Assembly (NCBI RefSeq): GCF_000406145.1
Contig: NZ_CM001976.1
Location: forward strand, 4,487,445 to 4,519,444
Direction: 5' to 3'
Length of the DNA: 32,000 nucleotides
From: Dickeya dadantii NCPPB 898
GTDB lineage: Bacteria; Pseudomonadota; Gammaproteobacteria; Enterobacterales; Enterobacteriaceae
Shown: positions 6,841 to 17,383 of the stretch, piece after piece
How positions within the stretch are numbered: the stretch's first letter is position 1
Layout: each line of letters opens with the position of its first letter
Notes under the pieces: generated by a model
Database searches by the model: none
What the model saw: only the letters and a program-made list of their open reading frames with translations
What the model was told of the DNA's origin: nothing
Translations under genes and position numbers: made by a program

Positions 6841-8865
6841 TCACTCTTTATCTCTGGCCTTTGCCAGTTGAGCGCGCAAATTAGCCAGATGGTTTTGCCC
6901 TTTCTGCATCCGCTCCTGTGGGCTGGCGACCTTGCGTTCGGTTTCCCACATCACATCATCCTGCGGCAGCTCCAGCAGAAAGCGGCTCGGCTCCGGGCGA
7001 ATCAACTCACCGTACTGCCGCCGCTCGCGGCATAGGGTGAAGGTCAGCTCTTTCTGCGCGCGGGTAATGCCCACATAAGCCAGACGCCGTTCCTCATCGA
7101 CATTATCTTCGTCGATGCTGGTCTGATGCGGCAGCAGCCCTTCCTCCATCCCCACCAGATATACGTACGGGAACTCCAGCCCCTTGGACGCGTGCAGCGT
7201 CATCAATTGCACCTGATCCAGCTCTTCCTCGGCTTCGTTACGTTCCATCATGTCGCGCAGGGTAAACCGGGTTACCACCTGCGTCAGCGTCATCGGCTCG
7301 TCAAGGTCGCTGCCTTCCAACATCTCCGTCATCCAGGTAAACAACGTGTTGACGTTTTTCATGCGCATTTCCGCCGCTTTCGGGCTCGGCGAGGTTTCGT
7401 ACAGCCAGCTTTCGTAATCCAGACCGTGGATCAGGTCGCGCACCGCCTTCACCGGCTCTTGCTCCGCCTGTCGGGCTATCTCGCCCATCCACTGGGTGAA
7501 GCGCTGCAATGACTCCAGCCCGCGCCCGCTCAGGGTCTGACTCAGCCCCATGTCGAAGCTGGCGTTGAACAGGCTGCGATTGCGCTGGTTGGCCCACTCG
7601 CCCAGCTTTTGCAGTGTCGCCGGCCCGATTTCGCGCTTCGGCGTATTCACGACGCGCAGAAACGCGCTGTCGTCTTCCGGGTTAGTCAGCACGCGCAAAT
7701 AAGCCAGCAAATCTTTGATTTCCGGGCGGGAGAAAAACGACGTGCCGCCGGAAATGCGATAAGGGATGCGGTTTTGCATCAGTACTTTTTCAAACAACCG
7801 TGACTGATGGTTGCCGCGATAAAGAATCGCGTAGTCGCCGTACTGGGTTTTTCGGATGAAGTGATGGGCAATCAGCTCCCCCACCACCCGCTCGGCCTCG
7901 TGGTCTTCGTTATTGGCGGTGATGATTTTCAGCTCTTCGCCATAGCCCAGCTCGGAATAAAGCCGCTTTTCGAATACGTGCGGGTTGTTGGCGATCAAAA
8001 TATTGGCGGCCTTGAGAATACGGCCGGACGAGCGGTAATTCTGCTCCAGCTTGATCACCTGCAACTGCGGAAAATCCTGCTGCAACAGCGACAGGTTCTG
8101 TGGGCGAGCGCCACGCCAGGAGTAAATCGACTGGTCGTCGTCACCCACCACGGTAAAACGCGCCCGGCTGCCCACCAGCAGTTTTACCAGTTCATACTGA
8201 CTGGTGTTGGTGTCCTGATATTCGTCCACCAGCAGATAGCGCAGGCGGTTCTGCCAGCGCTCACGCACCTCTTCATTGCGTTTGAGCAACAACGTCGGCA
8301 ATAGGATCAGGTCATCAAAGTCCAGTACGTTGCAGGCACGCAGATGCTCGTCATACAGGCGGTAGCAATGCGCGAACAGCCGGTCCCGTTCCGAGCGCGC
8401 CAGCGCCGCCGCCTGTGCCGGGTCAATCAGGTCGTTTTTCCAGTTGGACAGGGCGGACACCAGCTGTTGCAGCAAATCTTTGTCATTCTGTAGCCATAGC
8501 TCGGTCAGCTCTTTCAGCAGCGCCAGCTGATCCTGATCGTCAAACAACGAAAAATTGGACTTCATGCCCAGCGCCGCGTATTCGCGCTTGATGATCTCCA
8601 GCCCCAGCGTATGGAAAGTGGCGATCAGCAGACCGCGAGTTTCCTGACGTCCCAGCGTCTGCGCCACACGCTCTTTCATCTCTCGCGCGGCCTTGTTGGT
8701 GAAGGTCACCGCGGCGATATGGCGCGCCTGATAACCGCAGCCACGGATCAGGTGGGCGATTTTCTGGGTAATCACTCGGGTTTTGCCGGATCCCGCCCCG
8801 GCCAGCACCAGACAGGGACCGGTCACAAATTCAACGGCGTGTTGTTGGCTGGGATTCATGCGCAT
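6841..8865 (-). CDS. rep: ATP-dependent DNA helicase Rep
   Basis: 674 aa. [67 protein letters not shown] is near-identical to E. coli Rep along the whole length. SF1 helicase motifs are present. Confidence 0.97.
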   Translation of the reverse strand: MRMNPSQQHAVEFVTGPCLVLAGAGSGKTRVITQKIAHLIRGCGYQARHIAAVTFTNKAAREMKERVAQTLGRQETRGLLIATFHTLGLEIIKREYAALGMKSNFSLFDDQDQLALLKELTELWLQNDKDLLQQLVSALSNWKNDLIDPAQAAALARSERDRLFAHCYRLYDEHLRACNVLDFDDLILLPTLLLKRNEEVRERWQNRLRYLLVDEYQDTNTSQYELVKLLVGSRARFTVVGDDDQSIYSWRGARPQNLSLLQQDFPQLQVIKLEQNYRSSGRILKAANILIANNPHVFEKRLYSELGYGEELKIITANNEDHEAERVVGELIAHHFIRKTQYGDYAILYRGNHQSRLFEKVLMQNRIPYRISGGTSFFSRPEIKDLLAYLRVLTNPEDDSAFLRVVNTPKREIGPATLQKLGEWANQRNRSLFNASFDMGLSQTLSGRGLESLQRFTQWMGEIARQAEQEPVKAVRDLIHGLDYESWLYETSPSPKAAEMRMKNVNTLFTWMTEMLEGSDLDEPMTLTQVVTRFTLRDMMERNEAEEELDQVQLMTLHASKGLEFPYVYLVGMEEGLLPHQTSIDEDNVDEERRLAYVGITRAQKELTFTLCRERRQYGELIRPEPSRFLLELPQDDVMWETERKVASPQERMQKGQNHLANLRAQLAKARDKE

Positions 8866-9049
8866 GGTGTTTCGTGCTCGACGTTCAAACGAAAATGGAT
8901 TTTAACAGAAGAGGATTGTAGCAAAAGTCAGGGCCAGGGCGAGGATCCGTTAACCCGCTTCTGAACGCGCCCCGCATTTCCTTTCCTGATGAGGCGGTGC
9001 TAGGCTGTGCCTTGCAACATCGGCTTTCCCTTTGCTCAAGGAGCGTACT

Positions 9050-9331
9050 ATGGCAAATACCGCGGCAGCATTGCACATTCTGGTGGATACCGAACAACAG
9101 GCCACCGATATTCTGGCTCAACTGGAGAAGGGAGCGGATTTTCAGCAGTTAGCAAAAAAACATTCGACCTGCCCGTCAAAGCACAACGGCGGCGATTTGG
9201 GAGAATTCCGTAAAGGCGACATGGTGCCGGATTTTGATAAAGCGGTGTTTTCCTGCGAACTGCTCAAACCCTTCGGCCCGGTAAAAACCCAGTTCGGCTA
9301 CCACATCATCAAGGTGCTGTACCGTAACTAA
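9050..9331 (+). CDS. ppiC: peptidyl-prolyl cis-trans isomerase C (parvulin)
   Basis: [12 protein letters not shown]...[22 protein letters not shown]...[13 protein letters not shown] matches the 93-aa E. coli PpiC. An AGGAG RBS precedes the ATG at 9050. The tracked ORF start at 9032 is probably an upstream extension. Confidence 0.93.
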   Translation: MANTAAALHILVDTEQQATDILAQLEKGADFQQLAKKHSTCPSKHNGGDLGEFRKGDMVPDFDKAVFSCELLKPFGPVKTQFGYHIIKVLYRN

Positions 9332-9337
9332 CTGGGC

Positions 9338-9359
9338 AGAGGCGGCGCATGCCGCCTCT
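9338..9359. terminator. hairpin between convergent ppiC and putA
   Basis: Perfect 9-bp stem AGAGGCGGC/GCCGCCTCT with loop GCAT. There is no strong T-run on either side, so terminator function is uncertain. Confidence 0.45.
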
Positions 9360-9371
9360 TCATACATCCTA

Positions 9372-12300
9372 TTATCCAATCGTCATCAGGCTGGCGTTAC
9401 CGCCGGCCGCCGCGGTATTGATACTGAGCGATCGCTCAATCAATAGCCGCTCCAGCACGATGTCGGTTTCCCCGCGGGACAACCCCTGCACGCCGACAAT
9501 CGCGCCGGCGCGCTGCGCCAGCTGTTCGCTCAGGTGGCGCAACCGATCGGCGTCGCCATGAAAAATCACCGCATCAAACCGGCTGTCGTCAGTCAACCCG
9601 TCACGGCAAAACGCCACCCGCGCCTGCACGGCCTCGGGCAGTTGCCGATACAACGTCTGCCGTTCGGACGCCTCGACCCACAGCGCCCGGCTGCCTGCCG
9701 CCAACACCGCCGCCAGTTGCACCAGCGAGTCATCGTCGTTGTCCGCCACGCACAGCACCTGCTCACGCGGCAGCAGCGTATAGGTATCGCGCTCGCCGGT
9801 GGGGCCGGGCAACACCCGAACTGTACCGCTTTGCGTCAGCTCGGCATAACGCCGGCAGCATGAAACCAGCTCGTCACGCTGAACCTGCCGCGCCCACGAC
9901 TCCAGCGCCTGCAATCCGGTCAGCAGCGGCTGACGGGCGGCGACATCCACCGGCCGCTCGCTGTCCTGACGGGCCAGCGCCCGTGTCGTCGCATCATCCG
10001 GACGGTGCGACAGCAGCCGACAGAGATAGAGCGGCCCGCCCGCTTTGGGTCCGGTGCCGGACAGCCCTTCGCCGCCGAACGGCTGCGCGCCGACCACCGC
10101 CCCGACCATATTGCGGTTCACATACAGGTTGCCCACCTTCGCCTGACTGGTTACCCGGGTAATCGTCTCGTCAATACGGGTATGCAGGCCAAGCGTAAGC
10201 CCATAACCGGCGGCGTTGATGTGCCCAATTAGCGCATCCAGTTGACTACGGGAGTAACGCACCACATGCAGCACCGGGCCGAACACTTCCTGCCGCAGCT
10301 CCTCTACGCTTTCCAGTTCGATCAACGTCGGCGCGATGAAATGCCCGCGCGCCCACTCTTGCTCGTCCTGACTGTTCGGCCACGCCGCCTGAAATACCGG
10401 CCGTCCCTTCGCGCGCAGAGTCTGAATGTGGCGTTCAATCCGCTGTTTCGCTTCGGCGTCAATCAATGGCCCGATGTCGGTGGAAAGCCGCTCCGGGTTG
10501 CCCATGCGGCACTCCGCCATCGCACCGCGCAGCATCGCCAGCGTTTTCTCCGCCACCTCTTCCTGCACGCACAACAACCGCAGGGCGGAGCAGCGTTGAC
10601 CGGCGCTGTCGAACGCCGAGGCCACCACATCCGTCACCACTTGCTCGGTAAGCGCCGAAGAATCGACAATCATCGCGTTTATGCCGCCGGTTTCGGCGAT
10701 AAGCGGCGTGGTGCGCCCCTGCGGGTCAAGTCGACCGGCCAGTGTACGCTGCAACTGCGCGGCGACGGCGGTGGAGCCGGTAAACATCACCCCGCGCACC
10801 CGGTCGTCGCTCACCAACGCCGCGCCGACGGTTTCACCCGCACCCGGCAACAATTGCAGCGCACCGGCAGGCACCCCAGCCTCATGCAGAATCTGCACCG
10901 CCTGAGCGGCAATCAACGGGGTCTGTTCCGCCGGTTTAGCCAGCACGCTGTTGCCGGCCGCCAGCGCCGCCGCTATCTGGCCGGTGAAAATCGCCAGTGG
11001 AAAATTCCACGGGCTGATACACACCACCGGACCCAACGGGCGGTAGTCATGATTATTGAAGGTTTCGCTGACCTGAACGGCGTAGTAACGCAGGAAATCC
11101 ACCGCTTCGCGCACTTCCGCAACCGCGTTCGCCAGCGTCTTGCCCGCCTCGCGCACCAGCAATCCCAACAGGTGCTGTTGCCGATTTTCCAGCAGATCGG
11201 CGGCGCGCGACAGAATCGCCGCCCGCTCGGTAGCCGGCGTGGCGAACCAGATGTCGCCAGCGCTGACGGCCTGTTCCAGCGCCAGCACGATATCCTGCGG
11301 CTGCGCCTCGCGCACATACCCCACCACATCGCGCGGTTCAGCCGGATTGACCACCGGGCGGCTGTCGTCACCGGTATCGTCTTCATTTACTTCTTCCACC
11401 GCCAGCATCGGTTGCGCCTGCCACGGCCGGGCAGCGCTGGTCAGTAATGCGCTGGACAGCGACGCCAGCCGGTGCTCGCTGGACAAATCCAGCCCGCTGG
11501 CATTACGCCGCGTTTTTCCATACAACGCGCGCGGCAGGGGAATGCGCGGATGCGGTTGCCCGACCAACCCTTCACGCGCCGCCAGCGCTTCCGTTTCACT
11601 TACCGGGTCAGCCACCAACGTTTCCAGCGCCACCGACGGGTCGGCAATCCGGTTGACAAACGAGGTGTTGGCGCCGTTTTCCAGCAACCGGCGTACCAGA
11701 TAAGCCAGCAGCGTTTCATGGGTGCCGACCGGCGCGTAAATCCGGCACGGGCGGTTCAGTTTGCCATCCGCCACTTTGCCCACCACCCGCTCATACAGGG
11801 GTTCGCCCATGCCGTGCAGGCACTGGAATTCATACTGCCCCGGATAGTAGTTATTACCCGCCAGATGGTAGATCGCGCTGAGCGTATGGGCGTTATGGGT
11901 GGCGAACTGCGGATAGATCAGGTTCGGCGCCGCCAGCAGGCGGCGGGCGCAGGCCAGATAGGAAACATCGGTGTACAGCTTGCGGGTGTATACCGGATAG
12001 CCTTCCAGCCCGTCCATTTGGGCGCGCTTGATTTCGCTATCCCAGTAGGCGCCTTTAACCAGCCGAATCATCAGCCGCCGCTGGCTGCGGCGCGCCAGAT
12101 CGATCAGCGCGTCAATCACCAACGGACAGCGTTTCTGATAAGCCTGAATCACAAAACCGATGCCGTTCCACCCCGCCAGCCGGGGTTCGAAACACAGGCG
12201 CTCCAGTAAGTCGAGGGACAGTTCCAGCCGGTCGGCTTCTTCGGCATCGATGTTTATGCCGATATCGTATTGCCGCGCCAGCAGCGTCAGCGACAGCAGG

Positions 12301-13361
12301 CGCGGATACAGCTCGTCCATCACCCGTTCGTACTGCGCCCGACCGTAGCGAGGATGCAGCGCCGACAGTTTGATGGAAATACCCGGTCCTTCATAAATAC
12401 CGCGTCCGCCGGCGGCTTTGCCGATGGCGTGAATCGCCTGCTGGTAGGAGAGCAGGTAAGCCTCGGCGTCATCGCCGGTCAGCGCCGCCTCGCCCAGCAT
12501 ATCGTAGGAATAACGGAAACCACGTTCTTCCAGCTTGCGGGCATTCGCCAGCGCCTCGGCGATGGTTTCCCCAGTCACGAACTGCTCGCCCATCAGCCGC
12601 ATCGCCATGTCCACGCCCTTACGCACCAGCGGCTCGCCGCTTTTGCTGATGATACGGTTGAGCGCGCCGGACAGATGGGATTCGTTGTGAGTGGCAACCA
12701 GCTTACCGGTGACCAGCAATCCCCAGGCGGCGGCGTTGACGAACAACGAGGCGCTGCGCCCGACGTGCGACTGCCAGTTGCCGGTACTGATTTTGTCGCG
12801 GATCAACGCATCCCGCGTGGGTTTGTCCGGGATGCGCAGCAGCGCTTCCGCCAGACACATTAATGCCACGCCTTCCTGCGACGACAACGAAAACTCCTGC
12901 AACAGGCTTTGCACCATGCCGGCACGCCCGCCGCTGTTTTTCTGTCCGCGTAATTTCTCCGCCAGCCCTGCCGCCAGCATGCTGGCGGCGTGCGACATCG
13001 CCTCCGGCATACGCGCCTGTTCCAACAGCATCGGCACCATTTCCGTCTCCGGCCGCCGGTACGCGGCGGTGATCGCCGAGCGCAACACCGACTGCGGCAA
13101 CACCTGTTCAGCGAAGTCCAAAAACGGTTGATGGGTTTCTTCTTGTGGCGATTGCGGCATAATCTCTGCCGCCTCAATCGGGTCCTGCCCGGCCGGATGG
13201 GGAATTTCAGGGGTGTCCGCACCACTTTCAAGGCGTTCAAGATAGCTGAAAATGGCCTGTTTAATCAGCCAGTGCGGCGTGCGATCAATGCGCAGCGCCG
13301 CGGCTTTGAGCCGCTCGCGCGTGGCCTCATCGAGCTTGACGCCCATGGTGGTGGTGCCCAT
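9372..13361 (-). CDS. putA: bifunctional proline dehydrogenase / P5C dehydrogenase and transcriptional repressor PutA
   Basis: The sequence from [41 protein letters not shown] (ribbon-helix-helix) to the ..[15 protein letters not shown] end is collinear with E. coli PutA. An AGGAG RBS lies 7 nt before the ATG at 13361. The 18 extra codons up to 13415 are probably not translated. Confidence 0.96.
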   Translation of the reverse strand: MGTTTMGVKLDEATRERLKAAALRIDRTPHWLIKQAIFSYLERLESGADTPEIPHPAGQDPIEAAEIMPQSPQEETHQPFLDFAEQVLPQSVLRSAITAAYRRPETEMVPMLLEQARMPEAMSHAASMLAAGLAEKLRGQKNSGGRAGMVQSLLQEFSLSSQEGVALMCLAEALLRIPDKPTRDALIRDKISTGNWQSHVGRSASLFVNAAAWGLLVTGKLVATHNESHLSGALNRIISKSGEPLVRKGVDMAMRLMGEQFVTGETIAEALANARKLEERGFRYSYDMLGEAALTGDDAEAYLLSYQQAIHAIGKAAGGRGIYEGPGISIKLSALHPRYGRAQYERVMDELYPRLLSLTLLARQYDIGINIDAEEADRLELSLDLLERLCFEPRLAGWNGIGFVIQAYQKRCPLVIDALIDLARRSQRRLMIRLVKGAYWDSEIKRAQMDGLEGYPVYTRKLYTDVSYLACARRLLAAPNLIYPQFATHNAHTLSAIYHLAGNNYYPGQYEFQCLHGMGEPLYERVVGKVADGKLNRPCRIYAPVGTHETLLAYLVRRLLENGANTSFVNRIADPSVALETLVADPVSETEALAAREGLVGQPHPRIPLPRALYGKTRRNASGLDLSSEHRLASLSSALLTSAARPWQAQPMLAVEEVNEDDTGDDSRPVVNPAEPRDVVGYVREAQPQDIVLALEQAVSAGDIWFATPATERAAILSRAADLLENRQQHLLGLLVREAGKTLANAVAEVREAVDFLRYYAVQVSETFNNHDYRPLGPVVCISPWNFPLAIFTGQIAAALAAGNSVLAKPAEQTPLIAAQAVQILHEAGVPAGALQLLPGAGETVGAALVSDDRVRGVMFTGSTAVAAQLQRTLAGRLDPQGRTTPLIAETGGINAMIVDSSALTEQVVTDVVASAFDSAGQRCSALRLLCVQEEVAEKTLAMLRGAMAECRMGNPERLSTDIGPLIDAEAKQRIERHIQTLRAKGRPVFQAAWPNSQDEQEWARGHFIAPTLIELESVEELRQEVFGPVLHVVRYSRSQLDALIGHINAAGYGLTLGLHTRIDETITRVTSQAKVGNLYVNRNMVGAVVGAQPFGGEGLSGTGPKAGGPLYLCRLLSHRPDDATTRALARQDSERPVDVAARQPLLTGLQALESWARQVQRDELVSCCRRYAELTQSGTVRVLPGPTGERDTYTLLPREQVLCVADNDDDSLVQLAAVLAAGSRALWVEASERQTLYRQLPEAVQARVAFCRDGLTDDSRFDAVIFHGDADRLRHLSEQLAQRAGAIVGVQGLSRGETDIVLERLLIERSLSINTAAAGGNASLMTIG

Positions 13362-13641
13362 ATCCGCTCCTGTTATAAGAAAGTTGTGTTGGCAAGCAGA
13401 ATCACTATCGGACATGTTGCAACTTTGTGCAACCTTGTTAACAAGTTACGTTTTTTACTGTATTACTGCCCGTTTTTCTGATCGGACGACCGGTTAGCCC
13501 GGCGATGCCGCGAGGTTTTCCTTTGCGTTTGTCCGGCCGTCAGATGAAAGGTGCAACCTGGTAGCAACGACATCGAATCCGCGACCGCTCTGAGCTTGCC
13601 GGAGCGCAGGACTGACGGATCTCATCATAATGGAGAACACA
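13362..13641. promoter_or_regulatory. divergent putA/putP control region with PutA operator motifs
   Basis: GTTGCA at 13416-13421, and its complement TGCAAC at 13428-13433 and 13552-13557. Near-matches are GTTGTG (about 13383) and AGCAAC (about 13563). There is a perfect 12-bp palindrome CTTGTTAACAAG at 13434-13445. E. coli PutA binds GTTGCA motifs in its put control DNA. Confidence 0.7.
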
Positions 13642-15141
13642 ATGACGACGATGAGCACACCCTTGCTGGTCACCTTTCTGGTGTACATCTTCGGGATGGT
13701 GTTGATCGGCCTGATGGCCTATCGCGCCACCAATAACTTTGGCGACTATATTCTGGGCGGCCGCCGCATGGGGAGCGTGGTCACCGCGCTGTCCGCCGGC
13801 GCGTCCGACATGAGCGGCTGGCTGCTGATGGGGCTGCCGGGTGCGGTGTTTTTGTCCGGCATTTCCGAAAGCTGGATCGCCATCGGCCTGACCATCGGCG
13901 CCTATCTGAACTGGACCTGGGTGGCCGGGCGCCTGCGGGTGCACACCGAGGTCAACCATAACGCCCTGACGCTGCCGGATTATTTCAGCCATCGCTTTGA
14001 AGACAAAAGCAAATTGTTGCGGGTGATTTCGGCGCTGGTGATTCTGGTGTTCTTCACTATTTATTGCGCCTCCGGCATCGTGGCGGGCGCCCGGCTGTTC
14101 GAAAGCACCTTCGGCATGAGCTACGATACCGCACTGTGGGCCGGTGCCGCCGCCACCATCGCCTACACCTTTATCGGCGGCTATCTGGCGGTCAGTTGGA
14201 CCGACACCGTGCAGGCCAGCCTGATGATTTTCGCGCTGATCCTGACGCCGGTCATCGTCATTCTGTCGGTAGGCGGCATCACCCCCTCGCTGGCGGTGAT
14301 CGAAGGCAAAAGCCCGGCTAATCTGGATATGTTCAAAGGGCTGGACACCATCGCCATCCTGTCGTTGCTGGGCTGGGGGTTGGGCTACTTCGGTCAGCCG
14401 CATATTCTGGCGCGGTTCATGGCGGCGGACTCACACCACACCATCCGCAGCGCCCGTCGTATCAGCATGACCTGGATGGTGCTCTGTCTGGCGGGCGCCG
14501 TTACCGTCGGGTTCTTCGGCATCGCCTATTTCACCGGCAATCCTGACCAGGCAGGCAACGTCAGTCAGAACGGCGAACGGGTATTCATCGAACTGGCACG
14601 CCTGCTGTTTAACCCGTGGATCGCCGGCGTGCTGCTGTCGGCCATCCTGGCTGCGGTGATGAGTACGCTCAGTTGCCAGTTGCTGGTGTGCTCCAGCGCC
14701 ATCACCGAAGATTTGTACAAACCGTTTCTGCGCAAAAACGCCAGCCAGAAAGAACTGGTGTGGGTCGGCCGTGCCATGGTGCTGTTGGTATCGGTCATCG
14801 CGATTGCGCTGGCGGTGAACCCGGAAAACCGGGTGCTGGGGCTGGTCAGTTACGCCTGGGCCGGCTTCGGCGCCGCGTTCGGTCCAGTGATTCTGATTTC
14901 CCTGCTGTGGCCGCGGATGACCCGCAACGGCGCGCTGGTCGGTATGCTGGTCGGCGCCGCCACGGTAATTATCTGGAAACAGTACGGCTGGCTGAATCTG
15001 TATGAAATCATCCCCGGTTTCCTGCTGTCCTGCGCCGCGATTGTGGTGGTCAGCCTGCTGGGCCGCGCCCCCTCCGCCACCGTGACCGAGCGTTTCCATC
15101 AGGCCGAGCGGGAGTTTAAATCCGCGCCGGCGGATGCCTGA
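13642..15141 (+). CDS. putP: sodium/proline symporter PutP
   Basis: ..MSTPLLVTFLVYIFGMVLIG...ALSAGASDMSGWLLMGLPGAVFLSGISESWIAIGL... is collinear with E. coli PutP. GGAG lies 6 nt before the ATG at 13642. Alternative starts are 13630 and 13651. Confidence 0.95.
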   Translation: MTTMSTPLLVTFLVYIFGMVLIGLMAYRATNNFGDYILGGRRMGSVVTALSAGASDMSGWLLMGLPGAVFLSGISESWIAIGLTIGAYLNWTWVAGRLRVHTEVNHNALTLPDYFSHRFEDKSKLLRVISALVILVFFTIYCASGIVAGARLFESTFGMSYDTALWAGAAATIAYTFIGGYLAVSWTDTVQASLMIFALILTPVIVILSVGGITPSLAVIEGKSPANLDMFKGLDTIAILSLLGWGLGYFGQPHILARFMAADSHHTIRSARRISMTWMVLCLAGAVTVGFFGIAYFTGNPDQAGNVSQNGERVFIELARLLFNPWIAGVLLSAILAAVMSTLSCQLLVCSSAITEDLYKPFLRKNASQKELVWVGRAMVLLVSVIAIALAVNPENRVLGLVSYAWAGFGAAFGPVILISLLWPRMTRNGALVGMLVGAATVIIWKQYGWLNLYEIIPGFLLSCAAIVVVSLLGRAPSATVTERFHQAEREFKSAPADA

Positions 15142-15144
15142 TCA

Positions 15145-15224
15145 CCAGATAACGACATACCCAGATAACAATATTTCCAGATAACAACATACCCAGATAA
15201 CAACATCCCCAGATAATAATAAGG
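15145..15224. repeat. 5 tandem copies of a 16-bp unit (CCAGATAACAACATAC consensus)
   Basis: Units start at 15145, 15161, 15177, 15193 and 15209 and all begin CCAGATAA. The array begins 3 nt after the putP stop, and its last unit runs into the terminator stem. Confidence 0.95.
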
Positions 15225-15242
15225 CCCGAATCATCGGGCCTT
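15221..15242. terminator. bidirectional hairpin between putP and the convergent small ORF
   Basis: 9-bp perfect stem AAGGCCCGA/TCGGGCCTT with loop ATCA. The flanks are A/T-rich on both sides. Confidence 0.6.
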
Positions 15243-15243
15243 A

Positions 15244-15645
15244 TTATGGGTGAGTCACGGTAATGCGGGTTTTCAATGTTTCATAATCACCATGAAGGCG
15301 GATGCGGTTATCCAGTCGGTACACATCGCCGGTCACGTTAATCACCAGCACGCCATCCTGCATACGGATATCCGCGTCGCGGCTGTTAGTCTTGAGCACA
15401 TCCACCGCTTCCCCGCCGTTCACGCTGACGGTATACCGATAGACAAATCCCACCGTTGCCCCGCCACTTTCGAGCTGGAGAACATTTACCGTGACGTTAT
15501 CCTCAAGCCGGTATTGCCGCACCAGGCGGTAATCATCGTCCGACCAATAGAAAAAGGCCAAAAGCATCACGAACAAAGCGGCAACAGCGCCCGTCAGCCG
15601 CGGCGACGAGAAGGAAAACGCCTTACTCACCTTTATTTCCTGCAT
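15244..15645 (-). CDS. hypothetical small membrane-anchored protein (133 aa)
   Basis: ATG-initiated ORF with one predicted N-terminal TM helix (LTGAVAALFVMLLAFFYW), followed by about 95 aa rich in beta-like V/T/Y alternation. I recognise no family. The RBS is weak (GGATGAG). Confidence 0.55.
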   Translation of the reverse strand: MQEIKVSKAFSFSSPRLTGAVAALFVMLLAFFYWSDDDYRLVRQYRLEDNVTVNVLQLESGGATVGFVYRYTVSVNGGEAVDVLKTNSRDADIRMQDGVLVINVTGDVYRLDNRIRLHGDYETLKTRITVTHP

Positions 15646-15678
15646 CGCTCATCCATGCCCTATGTGGCTGATAGATTC

Positions 15679-15709
15679 AAAAAAAACGGGGCGCAATCGG
15701 CGCCCCGTT
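15679..15709 (-). terminator. rho-independent terminator of ilvC
   Basis: On the minus strand: stem CGGGGCGC/GCGCCCCG with a 5-nt loop, then T8 (A8 on the plus strand at 15679-15686). It starts 27 nt after the ilvC stop. Confidence 0.85.
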
Positions 15710-15735
15710 CTAATATGCGATAAGTTCTACTGGCC

Positions 15736-17214
15736 TTAGCCAGCGACCGCAATGCGTTTCATGTCGGTCATGTAGCCGCGCAGCTTCTTACCGATGACTT
15801 CGATCGGGTGGTTGCGGATAGCGTCGTTTACGTCACGCAGTTGCGCGTTATCCACGCCGGTCGCTGCTACCGGTTTGCCCAGGTCGCCCGGCTGCAGGCT
15901 GTCCATGAACGCGCCTTTCAGCAGCGGAACAGCGGCGTTGGCGAACAGGTAGTTGCCGTATTCAGCGGTATCGGAGATCACCACGTTCATTTCATACAGA
16001 CGCTTACGGGCGATGGTGTTGGCGATCAGCGGCAGTTCGTGCAGCGACTCGTAGTAGGCGGACTCTTCGATGATGCCGGAGCTGACCATGGTTTCGAACG
16101 CCAGTTCCACGCCGGCTTTCACCATCGCGATCATCAGTACGCCGTGATCGAAGTACTCCTGCTCGGCGATTTTGCCTTCAAACTGCGACGCGTTTTCAAA
16201 CGCGGTTTTACCGGTTTCTTCACGCCAGGTCAGCAGTTTCACATCGTCATTAGCCCAGTCGGCCATCATGCCGCTGGAGAACGCGCCGGAGATGATGTCG
16301 TCCATGTGTTTCTGGAACAACGGCGCCATAATACCTTTCAGCTGTTCAGACAGGGCGAAAGCGCGCAGTTTAGCCGGGTTGGACAGCCGGTCCAGCATCA
16401 GGGTGATGCCGCCCTGCTTCAGGGCTTCGGTGATGGTTTCCCAGCCGAACTGAATCAGTTTTTCCGCGTAAGCCGGGTCAGTGCCTTCCGCGACCAGCTT
16501 ATCGAAGCTCAGCAGCGAACCGGCCTGCAACATGCCGCACAGAATGGTCTGCTCGCCCATCAGGTCGGATTTCACTTCCGCCACGAAAGACGACTCCAGC
16601 ACGCCCGCACGGTGACCGCCGGTTGCGGCAGCCCAGGCTTTGGCGATCGCCATGCCTTCGCCTTTCGGGTCGTTTTCCGGGTGAACGGCGATCAGCGTCG
16701 GCACGCCGAAACCACGTTTGTATTCTTCACGCACTTCGGTGCCCGGGCACTTCGGCGCCACCATCACTACGGTGAGGTCTTTACGCACCTGCTCGCCCAC
16801 TTCAACGATGTTGAAGCCGTGGGAGTAACCCAGCGCCGCGCCCTGTTTCATCAGCGGCTGTACCGCCTGCACTACGGCGGAGTGCTGTTTGTCCGGCGTC
16901 AGGTTAACCACCAGGTCCGCCTGCGGGATCAGCTCTTCATAAGTGCCGACTTTAAAGCCGTTTTCAGTCGCTTTACGCCATGACGCGCGTTTTTCGGCGA
17001 TGGCTTCGGCACGCAGGGCGTAGGCGATATCCAGACCGGAATCGCGCATGTTCAGACCCTGGTTCAGCCCCTGAGCGCCACACCCTACGATGACCACTTT
17101 TTTGCCTTTCAGGTAGCTGGCTTCGTCGGCGAATTCATCGCGGCCCATAAAACGGCACTTGCCCAGTTGCGCCAGCTGCTGACGCAGGTTCAGTGTATTG
17201 AAGTAATTGGCCAT
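15736..17214 (-). CDS. ilvC: ketol-acid reductoisomerase
   Basis: [30 protein letters not shown]...[13 protein letters not shown] is near-identical to E. coli IlvC over the full length. Confidence 0.98.
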   Translation of the reverse strand: MANYFNTLNLRQQLAQLGKCRFMGRDEFADEASYLKGKKVVIVGCGAQGLNQGLNMRDSGLDIAYALRAEAIAEKRASWRKATENGFKVGTYEELIPQADLVVNLTPDKQHSAVVQAVQPLMKQGAALGYSHGFNIVEVGEQVRKDLTVVMVAPKCPGTEVREEYKRGFGVPTLIAVHPENDPKGEGMAIAKAWAAATGGHRAGVLESSFVAEVKSDLMGEQTILCGMLQAGSLLSFDKLVAEGTDPAYAEKLIQFGWETITEALKQGGITLMLDRLSNPAKLRAFALSEQLKGIMAPLFQKHMDDIISGAFSSGMMADWANDDVKLLTWREETGKTAFENASQFEGKIAEQEYFDHGVLMIAMVKAGVELAFETMVSSGIIEESAYYESLHELPLIANTIARKRLYEMNVVISDTAEYGNYLFANAAVPLLKGAFMDSLQPGDLGKPVAATGVDNAQLRDVNDAIRNHPIEVIGKKLRGYMTDMKRIAVAG

Positions 17215-17383
17215 GAGGCGTGCTCCATCTGATATTGTGTTTGCGTTTGCTTTATGTTCGGGACAGCGGTAACCACCGCCATCAGAATGTCATTATGATA
17301 TGACAGGAAATACATTGCTTAAATTGATATATTAACAACGTCACATTGCAAGAATTGCAACATAAAAACGAGACACTGCGCGC
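17215..17383. promoter_or_regulatory. divergent ilvC/ilvY promoter-operator region
   Basis: AT-rich region with two self-palindromic TTGCAA hexamers, at 17346-17351 and 17355-17360, just upstream of ilvY. They are plausible IlvY (LysR-type) operator half-sites. Assignment is by position only. Confidence 0.4.

Noticed and set aside
10242-11447. 401-aa plus-strand ORF, with many shorter ones (9534-13497), opposite putA
   Set aside because: These are shadow ORFs of the 1329-aa putA gene. Their sequences are Arg/Pro/His-rich, overlap one another in several frames, and lack starts with an RBS.
13362-13415. N-terminal extensions in the ORF track: putA from 13415, ppiC from 9032, hdfR TTG at 30252, DUF2461 TTG at 19812, ilvM from 24635, lipoprotein from 18247
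   Set aside because: In each case an internal ATG with a good RBS aligns with the start of the E. coli homolog or with the beginning of the signal peptide. The putA extension would also run through the PutA operator region.
15145-15224. Whether the 16-bp tandem array is a CRISPR array or a DnaA-box / iteron cluster
   Set aside because: The units are contiguous with no spacers, they are too short, and no cas genes are present. The reverse complement contains TTATCTGG, which does not fit the TTATCCACA DnaA box beyond the first five bases.
15808-16983. 391-aa plus-strand ORF opposite ilvC. Similar cases are 19945-20889 opposite ilvA, 25121-26368 opposite ilvG, 13540-14403 and 14431-15099 opposite putP, and 7126-8304 opposite rep
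   Set aside because: All are antisense to genes with near-complete homology to well-known E. coli proteins. Their composition is typical of non-coding frames.
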